From sequence record NC_042081.1: 64,000 bases of DNA. The stretch is one strand, 5' to 3'. Shown here piece after piece: positions 56,804 to 64,000 of the stretch. The notes under the pieces were generated by a model, which saw only the letters and a list, made by a program, of their open reading frames with translations, did not search any database and was not told the origin of the DNA. A program made the translations under genes and the position numbers. Position 1 is the stretch's first letter, and the number at the start of each line of letters is the position of its first letter.

Positions 56804-57708
56804 TTCTTACCACCTTTAATAACAGTGAGTTTTGGTGTACCGGTAGGACGAGAAGGTTTATTAATAATAACCTGCGAATTGGAAGAATTATTGAAATCCT
56901 CAACCATCTTATTTACATCATTGTCAAATGAATTAGATGTATTATCACCCGAGTCCACAGTTGATTCACTAACCACATTTGAAATAGGGTAACTGAGGAG
57001 TTCCATCATAAGTACATTGATGTTATCCTGATAGTTTTCATTACGTGTACAATTAATAACCCGCTCACACCAATCCATAATTAATTCTGGTGCATTCTGT
57101 TTAATTACAGTTACCGCTACTCTAATATGTGCATCTAATTCTGGATTACTAAATTCAGTTACTCTGTTAATGGCGCTTTCAATCATCTGATCATGCTCAT
57201 TCTCAGATGTATTCCTTACAACTAACTTACCATTAGTGGTATCGGCTTTATTTTTAAAATTAACCTCAGTGACATTACCTACGGTAGTTAATACTGGGTT
57301 TTTGTCAACTACATTATTAACAGTTCCTTCTAATGTTGCACGAATAGTATCTGCATTGAGATATCTATCTACTAGTGGCATTTCAAAGAATGCGTTAGAA
57401 TTATCATCAATAGGTGTAACTACACCCAATACTGCATAAAGAGGAAGTTTAATACTGACCCCAACTCCATTTACTGTTACATTGAAAGAGATATATTCGT
57501 CACTGATATAAAAATTCTTTGCACAGCGTGGATGGATATTGAAAGTGATAGTGTGATCTTCTTTCGCATGCTTTAGAGCTACCTCAGATAAATCAGGTAC
57601 TAATTGAGTATGTGCTACAATTAGAATATCTCTGAAGTTATTTTCAAGAAACCAATCATAGGTAGCTCGAAGAATATGGCCAGTGAGTAATGATTTTACC
57701 TTTAGCAT
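56800..57708 (-). CDS. sspB: SspB-like ClpXP adaptor protein
   Basis: LRATYDWFLEN...TFNIHPRC..N..ISDEYISFNVTVNGV...IKLPLYAVLG; C-terminal PKLTVIKGG resembling the ClpX-binding tail. Confidence 0.75.
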   Translation of the reverse strand: MLKVKSLLTGHILRATYDWFLENNFRDILIVAHTQLVPDLSEVALKHAKEDHTITFNIHPRCAKNFYISDEYISFNVTVNGVGVSIKLPLYAVLGVVTPIDDNSNAFFEMPLVDRYLNADTIRATLEGTVNNVVDKNPVLTTVGNVTEVNFKNKADTTNGKLVVRNTSENEHDQMIESAINRVTEFSNPELDAHIRVAVTVIKQNAPELIMDWCERVINCTRNENYQDNINVLMMELLSYPISNVVSESTVDSGDNTSNSFDNDVNKMVEDFNNSSNSQVIINKPSRPTGTPKLTVIKGGKK

Positions 57709-57730
57709 ATTTGTATTACCTTTAAATAAA

Positions 57731-58198
57731 TTATAGGAAGATATCTTCTACTGAGGGCACTATATTCTTTTCTTTTACAAGTTCAGTAGATTTGGTATAA
57801 TGTGCATTAAATAGTTTCTTTAAATCTGCTTTTTCATATTTTACAGTATCTGCTAATTTCCAAATAGTAAGACCTAGATGAATACTAACTGAATTAACAT
57901 GTTTTACGCATAGATCAATTAATTTGTTAAACTCTTCTAATTCATTTTTAATCAACGTTGCATCTAAAGCTTGGTGCAAACGATTAGATAATTTAACTTT
58001 ATCTTTGTCAATTGTAAAGTTATTTTCAATATCCTTAGCACTCATCGGTGGTTCAACTTTATACCACACATTGGTTAGTTTACCGTCCACACGCGTCGTG
58101 ATGGGATGTTTATAATCAGTCCAACTTCTATGTAGATTATGTTTATCATCAAGAACATCTACAGTAACTTTCTCATTACCTGTAAAGAATGGATACAT
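57731..58198 (-). CDS. hypothetical protein
   Basis: 155-aa ORF. Confidence 0.65.
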   Translation of the reverse strand: MYPFFTGNEKVTVDVLDDKHNLHRSWTDYKHPITTRVDGKLTNVWYKVEPPMSAKDIENNFTIDKDKVKLSNRLHQALDATLIKNELEEFNKLIDLCVKHVNSVSIHLGLTIWKLADTVKYEKADLKKLFNAHYTKSTELVKEKNIVPSVEDIFL

Positions 58199-58371
58199 TA
58201 GGTTGCCTTTATTTTATCAATGAGTAATTTTAATAGTTCATCATTAGTTAAATTGTCTTTATTTTTAATAATGTCTTTTAGTTTAAACATATTGAAAGTA
58301 TACCACAACCACTTATGAATTATATAACAAATCACTATAACTAATAATAGTAGTGAATGTAATGCTAGCAT
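58198..58371 (-). CDS. small membrane protein (57 aa)
   Basis: Hand-translated MLALHSLLLVIVICYIIHKWLWY...; TAATG-coupled to the next gene. Confidence 0.65.
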   Translation of the reverse strand: MLALHSLLLLVIVICYIIHKWLWYTFNMFKLKDIIKNKDNLTNDELLKLLIDKIKAT

Positions 58372-58407
58372 TGTAACTACCTATTTTGATATGACTTGAC
58401 CAAATAT

Positions 58408-58436
58408 GTAATATAGATTTCAAAAAAAATTTAATG
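58408..58436 (-). promoter_or_regulatory. putative early promoter
   Basis: 29 bp identical to 42751-42779; hairpin at 58443-58464 upstream. Confidence 0.75.
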
Positions 58437-58472
58437 CAATAAAGGAGAGCTAAATAGCTCTCCTATTTATGC

Positions 58473-58763
58473 TTATTTATTTTTCTTTCTTGACTTATCT
58501 TTAATAACTAAGTCTAATGCTTCAAACATTTTAACAGCAGTTAAATGGTCGATAGAGTATGCCTTTTTACGTAAACGTCCAATAGCTACTGTATACTGGT
58601 ATTCAGATAAACCATCACTCATATTGTCAATAATTGATAGTGCTTCTTTATAAAGCTTGTTACATTTTATCGTGTGTTTGATGGCATAATAACCCCAATT
58701 AATTAAAGCCATCATTATAATCATAAACAAAATACCTATAATTACTGTCATGATATCATTCAT
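58473..58763 (-). CDS. membrane-anchored protein, paralog of 58756-59073
   Basis: TM followed by IDNMSDGLSEYQY. Confidence 0.65.
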   Translation of the reverse strand: MNDIMTVIIGILFMIIMMALINWGYYAIKHTIKCNKLYKEALSIIDNMSDGLSEYQYTVAIGRLRKKAYSIDHLTAVKMFEALDLVIKDKSRKKNK

Positions 58764-59073
58764 TTGCTGTTTCCCTATTATTACATTTTAATATAATCAA
58801 TGAGTTGATATCGTAAATAAAAGATGTAAAAATATGTTGATTTGTTATTTTAGATGATTCTTTATCTATAATGTCTTGGACAGCATTTTGATAGAAAAAA
58901 TAACTTATGCCATCGGGCATTTTATCTAATACATATCTAACCTTATAAACACCAATCCAGTGAATATAATGATTTTTTATATTAATAATGAAAGTTACAC
59001 ATGTTGATATAGCTGTTAGTGTTATCATTGATATAACAAATACTTTATACATTTGCAACCCACAGATTCTCAT
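58756..59073 (-). CDS. membrane-anchored protein, paralog of 58473-58763
   Basis: TM followed by LDKMPDGISYFFY. Confidence 0.65.
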   Translation of the reverse strand: MRICGLQMYKVFVISMITLTAISTCVTFIINIKNHYIHWIGVYKVRYVLDKMPDGISYFFYQNAVQDIIDKESSKITNQHIFTSFIYDINSLIILKCNNRETANE

Positions 59074-59086
59074 CTAGATGAAATAA

Positions 59087-59106
59087 ACCAGCCCCGAAGG
59101 GCTGGT
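59087..59106 (-). terminator. intrinsic terminator
   Basis: ACCAGCCC-TTCG-GGGCTGGT-TTATTT. Confidence 0.8.
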
Positions 59107-59108
59107 AT

Positions 59109-59477
59109 TTATTTTACAACCACAGCTTTACCGTAGTTGTTATCCATGCAGGTTTTAAATGATGTAACGTATGCATCACGTGGGCTTTGTCTACGTGAAT
59201 ACACAACGTGCACCTCTTTAATTGCTGCTGGGAGAACATTGTAAAGAACGTTATCTTTGTTCTTCACGCCGTACCCTTTTAGGGATCGTAGGTTTTCTTC
59301 CCATTGTAAAATGGGTGTTTTACGTTGACGTGCTTCTGCTGTGGCATGTGCTATAAGTGCAACACCATTACAGTAATTCTCATCAACTACCAACGATGCA
59401 GCTAGTGGGTTTGATACGTATAACAACGTACTTAATATGGCCACTAACTTCATTACGTGTGTTAAACATTGCATCAC
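59109..59477 (-). CDS. secreted two-Cys helical protein (possible distant family member)
   Basis: Signal ...NPLAA|SLVVDENYC; C-terminal FKTCMDN. Confidence 0.6.
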   Translation of the reverse strand: MMQCLTHVMKLVAILSTLLYVSNPLAASLVVDENYCNGVALIAHATAEARQRKTPILQWEENLRSLKGYGVKNKDNVLYNVLPAAIKEVHVVYSRRQSPRDAYVTSFKTCMDNNYGKAVVVK

Positions 59478-59530
59478 GTTGTACCTAGGTTGCTAAGATC
59501 AGAATATAAAGCTAATAAAATAGCCTTAAA

Positions 59531-60130
59531 TCATTCTACAACCTTAACGTTACCATCTTCAATAACTAGATCTTTACCTACAACATCGGCAAGATCTAAC
59601 TTATCTTTTACTTCCAGTTTCTTGATACTGTGTACAAAACGGAATACAGATAGACGAAGAATTAGTTCTTCTGGTACATCAACAACATCAATAAAGTATT
59701 CTGATGGGTTGATATCACAATTGACATATTCCCAACTTTGTCTTAGTTCAGTTTCATTCTCAGTTACTTGTGCATTAAGAACTTCTTCAAAGTCAATATT
59801 GGCAATATTAGTATCATTGTCATTTAGATAAGTAAATTGAAGACTAGCATTATTAATGAATTCTTCTTCAACTACAGTTAGTGCACGTTGAGCGTGAATG
59901 GGTAGATGATATCGAATACACCCATTAATAATAACCTCATTTGCCTTTTCAATATAACGTTCTTCTTTGAATTTTACATTAGATGCGACATAATCTAGGA
60001 TTGCCTTGTAATATTCTTTATGATCTGGATGGCTCTTTTCAATCCACTGTCGGCTACTTACGCTAATTTTTTTCTCGGCTAGAAAATCTCGGAATTTAGC
60101 ACGATCGATATAAGCGGTACGTTTTTTCAT
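59531..60130 (-). CDS. hypothetical protein
   Basis: 199 aa; AGGA RBS. Confidence 0.7.
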   Translation of the reverse strand: MKKRTAYIDRAKFRDFLAEKKISVSSRQWIEKSHPDHKEYYKAILDYVASNVKFKEERYIEKANEVIINGCIRYHLPIHAQRALTVVEEEFINNASLQFTYLNDNDTNIANIDFEEVLNAQVTENETELRQSWEYVNCDINPSEYFIDVVDVPEELILRLSVFRFVHSIKKLEVKDKLDLADVVGKDLVIEDGNVKVVE

Positions 60131-60142
60131 CAGTAGTTCCTA

Positions 60143-60670
60143 TTATTTAACATTTCTAGGTGTTAGTTCGATATGTGAACAGATCACATAAGATGCACAT
60201 GCCAGTACATCTAAACCATAATACTCATCATAATGAAAATATCCTCTGAGATTACCTTGTTTAGTAAAGGTGTATTCATCAGCTAAATCTAACTCGTTAC
60301 TTGTCTCTAGCACATTGATTAATTTATCATATTCAACTTTTAGTGCTATATCAGTACAGATTATTTGCTTGATATATTTATCAGAGTTAGGATCATTTTT
60401 ATAATCTAAAGTATCAGTTAATACAGTGGTTAATGCTAGAATAACATAGTCATGGTAACTTTCCGGTTGTTTAATCTCACCTTCAGGTATTTCAATCCAT
60501 TCCCAGCCATGCCGTAATATATTTAGCATTACATGCCACTTACTGGTTTCATTACTAACCACAGCTATTGGTGAATCACTATAAGGTTTATACAAACCTG
60601 TTGTTTTTAAAAGATCTTTTTTAATAGCAGCTATATACAACGGGCGGTTTTCTGACATTTTATAACTCAC
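60143..60670 (-). CDS. hypothetical protein
   Basis: 175-aa ORF. Confidence 0.65.
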   Translation of the reverse strand: MSYKMSENRPLYIAAIKKDLLKTTGLYKPYSDSPIAVVSNETSKWHVMLNILRHGWEWIEIPEGEIKQPESYHDYVILALTTVLTDTLDYKNDPNSDKYIKQIICTDIALKVEYDKLINVLETSNELDLADEYTFTKQGNLRGYFHYDEYYGLDVLACASYVICSHIELTPRNVK

Positions 60671-60996
60671 ATATATTTTAAATGTTTGCCAATTGGTCTA
60701 TTAGGGTTATTCATATAACCACGGCCAGCCGCTGCCCTAATTACTACTTTCTGTATATCTGTTAATTTTCTATAATTATCACCAATTAATTTAAGTATGA
60801 TACTTTCTATAGAATCATTAGTTAATTCAGAAGGATCTGTTACTTTGAAATAATTATATACTAATTCTCTTTTAACTAGAAAATCAGCTCTTCGTTTTTC
60901 TTTAATTCGTTTATAACGTTGAGATACATGGATAAATGAAAATAAAACAACTATCCAGAATAAGGTCAAAAGTAGGTACTCATCAACTACATTCAT
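60667..60996 (-). CDS. membrane-anchored hypothetical protein
   Basis: TM YLLLTLFWIVVLFSFIHV. Confidence 0.65.
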   Translation of the reverse strand: MNVVDEYLLLTLFWIVVLFSFIHVSQRYKRIKEKRRADFLVKRELVYNYFKVTDPSELTNDSIESIILKLIGDNYRKLTDIQKVVIRAAAGRGYMNNPNRPIGKHLKYM

Positions 60997-61321
60997 TTTT
61001 AATCCCTATCTTTTTTTTCAAATTATCTTGTAACTCAACTAGTGTTCTGTTTAATAAACTAATTTGTTTCTGTTGTTCACATACAAGTTCACTTAACGTA
61101 TTAATCTGTGCCTGTAGTTCTTTAGTATTAGTATCAATAACATCAAGAATATATTCTTTATTTTTCTTAGGCATTCTTTGCTTCCTCAACATTAATTCAC
61201 CGAACGGCAGAAAAGATGACTGGGCAGCCAACACTCTTTTAGAATGTCTTTTGCCCAGTCTTTTAAATGTCTTACGAAGTTTAATTGGTATAAGCATTAA
61301 ATAATATCTCTTGATGCCCAT
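60983..61321 (-). CDS. coiled-coil protein; true start probably downstream
   Basis: Heptad-like LQAQINTLSELV...LQDNL. Confidence 0.55.
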   Translation of the reverse strand: MGIKRYYLMLIPIKLRKTFKRLGKRHSKRVLAAQSSFLPFGELMLRKQRMPKKNKEYILDVIDTNTKELQAQINTLSELVCEQQKQISLLNRTLVELQDNLKKKIGIKNECS

Positions 61322-61731
61322 GTACCATCTACAGAGTCATTTACAAATGGTGCACGATCACCAGGTATTGCTTGAGCCCATAAATCCACCTCAAGTAATA
61401 TCCGACGACATGCGTAAAAAGGCTCCACTTCTACCCTATACGAATTATCTTTAGGATTAATATACACAGTAGCAACTAGCTTAGGGTGGGCTCTACGCCA
61501 TTTGTCCCATACTTTAAGAATTACTTCACCTTCCATTCTGACTATACGTGGAGTTATCTTTACTTCACTAATTATTAGTCCATCAGGACCTACCACTCGT
61601 TTAGGGGATAGCCATTTATGATAACCAATATCATTAATCCCATTCTTTGAAAATACCGAGTCTTCAAGATATCCTCTCACACCAGGGTATAACGGAACCA
61701 TTGTAAGCATATGACACCTATAGTGATCCAT
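61297..61731 (-). CDS. hypothetical protein
   Basis: 144-aa ORF. Confidence 0.65.
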   Translation of the reverse strand: MDHYRCHMLTMVPLYPGVRGYLEDSVFSKNGINDIGYHKWLSPKRVVGPDGLIISEVKITPRIVRMEGEVILKVWDKWRRAHPKLVATVYINPKDNSYRVEVEPFYACRRILLEVDLWAQAIPGDRAPFVNDSVDGTWASRDII

Positions 61732-62116
61732 TGGATGTCCATAAAACTGAATAAGGATTTTGAGTTAATTGGAATCTAATTGCAAAGTTTTCGATTTCCC
61801 AAAAACGATCAGTCTTATTCCACTCTAATTCCTTTTTCGCCAGATCAACATTAATTGTTGATATAATACGATTACGCTCTTCTTCAAATACAGTAAACCT
61901 GACGATTGCTGGAAATACGCAATCTCTTTCTTTATAAAAGTTTAGAGTATTCTTATCGATATAACCTGGTCCTGGAATAATTTCAAGGATATTAAAATCA
62001 GTCCATCCTAAGTCTGGTGTACCTAGATCAGGTAAATGTTTTAAAACCCCATTGCGTATAAAGGGTTTTCCATATTCTAGTGTGACTTCATGAAAAGAAG
62101 AACCATAGATTTTCAT
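61718..62116 (-). CDS. hypothetical protein
   Basis: 132-aa ORF. Confidence 0.65.
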   Translation of the reverse strand: MKIYGSSFHEVTLEYGKPFIRNGVLKHLPDLGTPDLGWTDFNILEIIPGPGYIDKNTLNFYKERDCVFPAIVRFTVFEEERNRIISTINVDLAKKELEWNKTDRFWEIENFAIRFQLTQNPYSVLWTSNGSL

Positions 62117-62276
62117 ACAACCACCATGCGTTTTAATTCATAGGGTTAGTATGTTTAGTACTGTTTGAATTTTATTTCATTACAGATGATCGCTTTGTTA
62201 TGACTGGTGTTTGAATATTTTAGACTAGTTTCAATAAATGCTTTCTTTTTCATATATACACTTACGCAAAATAAAT

Positions 62277-62299
62277 AGGGACTCTCATTAAGAGTCCCT
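62277..62299 (-). terminator. hairpin/terminator
   Basis: AGGGACTCT/AGAGTCCCT followed by ATTTATTTT on the - strand. Confidence 0.7.
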
Positions 62300-62304
62300 T
62301 AATG

Positions 62305-62637
62305 TTAAACGAATAATAACTCCAGTACTAATACTGGAAATTTATGCCGATATTGTGGATGTACATACGTATGAAATTTATGTGTACCTAAATGAAATTC
62401 AACGTATAATACAATAAAATCTTTAGCTGCATTTCGATCATGTACATAAATAGTGAGTATTTCACCATCATCATCTTTCTTACGTCCATAATCAAAATAG
62501 TAATTTTTGTTATCAGCTATCCCTTCAGCATTTAATTGAATGCCTCTTACATCGACAACATTTAAACTAGAATCTTCATCAAATAAAGATCTAGTGCTGC
62601 CATGGTAAACCATTAATGGATCTAATTGAATCTGCAT
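62305..62637 (-). CDS. hypothetical protein
   Basis: 110 aa; GAGGA RBS. Confidence 0.7.
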   Translation of the reverse strand: MQIQLDPLMVYHGSTRSLFDEDSSLNVVDVRGIQLNAEGIADNKNYYFDYGRKKDDDGEILTIYVHDRNAAKDFIVLYVEFHLGTHKFHTYVHPQYRHKFPVLVLELLFV

Positions 62638-62706
62638 GTGTTAGTCCTCTACTATGTAGTGAGGCACATGCCTCACTTATATTTTTTTTAATTTTCATAT
62701 TAATGA

Positions 62707-63054
62707 TCAATTAAAGTTAACAGTGCTATAAGCTTTACCTAAAGCTGTAAATAGTTCTTCATTAAGTTCATCAAATTCTAACCAACCATTCATTTCACCT
62801 AAGATAGTTTTAACAATCGTAAGATTAACAATCTCAGAGCTAGGAATGATATCTCGAATTCGCTCATGGAAATTGACTACTTGCTGAATACTTACTTTAG
62901 TATCATTGACTGAGATATCATCATCAGTTAACTTATTAATAGCCATCATCGCTATACGTGAGAATAGATCAGTATGTTCTTCCTTAACAATTTCCCATGC
63001 TGCATTAAAGGAGTCAAGAACATCTAGATCATCAGAATTTAGTTGCTTTTGCAT
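62707..63054 (-). CDS. hypothetical protein
   Basis: 115 aa; GAGG RBS. Confidence 0.7.
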   Translation of the reverse strand: MQKQLNSDDLDVLDSFNAAWEIVKEEHTDLFSRIAMMAINKLTDDDISVNDTKVSIQQVVNFHERIRDIIPSSEIVNLTIVKTILGEMNGWLEFDELNEELFTALGKAYSTVNFN

Positions 63055-63156
63055 TTTAACCTCTTAAACATTATAACACATATACCCCACAACATAAGTC
63101 ATGGAGTATATGCCTCGAAAGGTACGTAATAGAAATACTACTACATAGTATTGTAT

Positions 63157-63627
63157 TTACTCATTAATAACAGATACTTTGTTATTCTCAGCTTTACTTT
63201 TAGCCGATAGCGCTAAATAGAGACAACTATACCAAGTGAAGTAGTCTCTTGGGAAATAGCCCTTTAAAAAAGTAGCCATATTTTTAGCACACGCTTTATT
63301 AATATTCTTATTAATGATTTTCCTCTCATTCATTATTTTACAAGCTAACAATGAATAATGTAGTTGATTATTAGTACTTAGGTCTTCAAGGAATAGTTCT
63401 TTCACTGCTTGTGGCTTAGAACTTAGACACATTATAATTTCTTGAACAATATAGTCATTCGTCACTGAATGAATGAGTTCAAGATAGAGTGAAAGATTAA
63501 TTGAATACAGGTCTTGTTTATTATTGAAAATGTACCCATTTCTATCTAATGTAACTAATTTCTTATATGTGGGAGACATCTTTTCATTAACTATTTTATA
63601 AAAAAGACTAATCACTAATTTAATCAT
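63157..63627 (-). CDS. hypothetical protein
   Basis: 156-aa ORF. Confidence 0.6.
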   Translation of the reverse strand: MIKLVISLFYKIVNEKMSPTYKKLVTLDRNGYIFNNKQDLYSINLSLYLELIHSVTNDYIVQEIIMCLSSKPQAVKELFLEDLSTNNQLHYSLLACKIMNERKIINKNINKACAKNMATFLKGYFPRDYFTWYSCLYLALSAKSKAENNKVSVINE

Positions 63628-63857
63628 TTTAATAAACTTCCATCTACTCTATAAAAACCATGGACATCACGTTTACCATTTAGACTAGGTATCTCATATG
63701 GATCAGTTGATGGATTTATCAGTTTGATTTTGCATTTATCTAAACGATCACGCAAGCTGATATTACCAGATAATGTTAAACCACGATACTGAATATCGAC
63801 ATTATCTAAATCAACAATGAGCGTACTAAGCTCCCCATTTGTTAAGTATGGTACCAC
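63624..63857 (-). CDS. small hypothetical protein
   Basis: 77-aa ORF. Confidence 0.55.
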   Translation of the reverse strand: MVPYLTNGELSTLIVDLDNVDIQYRGLTLSGNISLRDRLDKCKIKLINPSTDPYEIPSLNGKRDVHGFYRVDGSLLK

Positions 63858-64000
63858 AACCGAGTCAATTACTTTTGCAATTGTTTTAGCTTCAATATGT
63901 ATCCAGTTTCCAATATGATTAACAATCTCTGGAAACTTATCTAGATTTAATGTGATGCTATAGTCACACCTAATTTTGATAATTCCATTACTTGACCAAT

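Overview
AT-rich, gene-dense segment of a lytic jumbo phage, most likely a phiKZ-like Pseudomonas phage shown in reverse orientation. This assignment is inferred from gene content and order (DHFR beside nrdAB, a tRNA cluster, thyA), repeated TATATTAC early-promoter motifs and UUCG-loop terminators. A + strand block (about 3.5-20.7 kb) carries nrdA/nrdB, a putative protease-processed head protein, Kelch and FN3-like putative virion proteins, five tRNA genes and several structured non-coding elements. The rest is a long - strand array of mostly small early genes. It includes a BCS1-like AAA ATPase, an Ntn/proteasome-like protein, two ADP-ribosyltransferase-like ORFs, a zinc deaminase, a Mesh1-like HD hydrolase, an RlaP-like nucleotidyltransferase, an SspB-like adaptor, and thyA split by a group I intron (53036-54126) encoding a GIY-YIG homing endonuclease. 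Best leads: (1) an early operon of paralogous signal-peptide proteins with two conserved cysteines (43.0-46.4 kb); (2) a putative late sRNA with two C-rich, anti-Shine-Dalgarno-like loops (9.52-9.69 kb); (3) a chimeric tRNA-Pro with a foreign acceptor 3' strand; (4) a 2.1-kb islet flanked by duplicated tRNA-Asn genes. All functional calls come from motif recognition by eye; no searches or folding programs were run.
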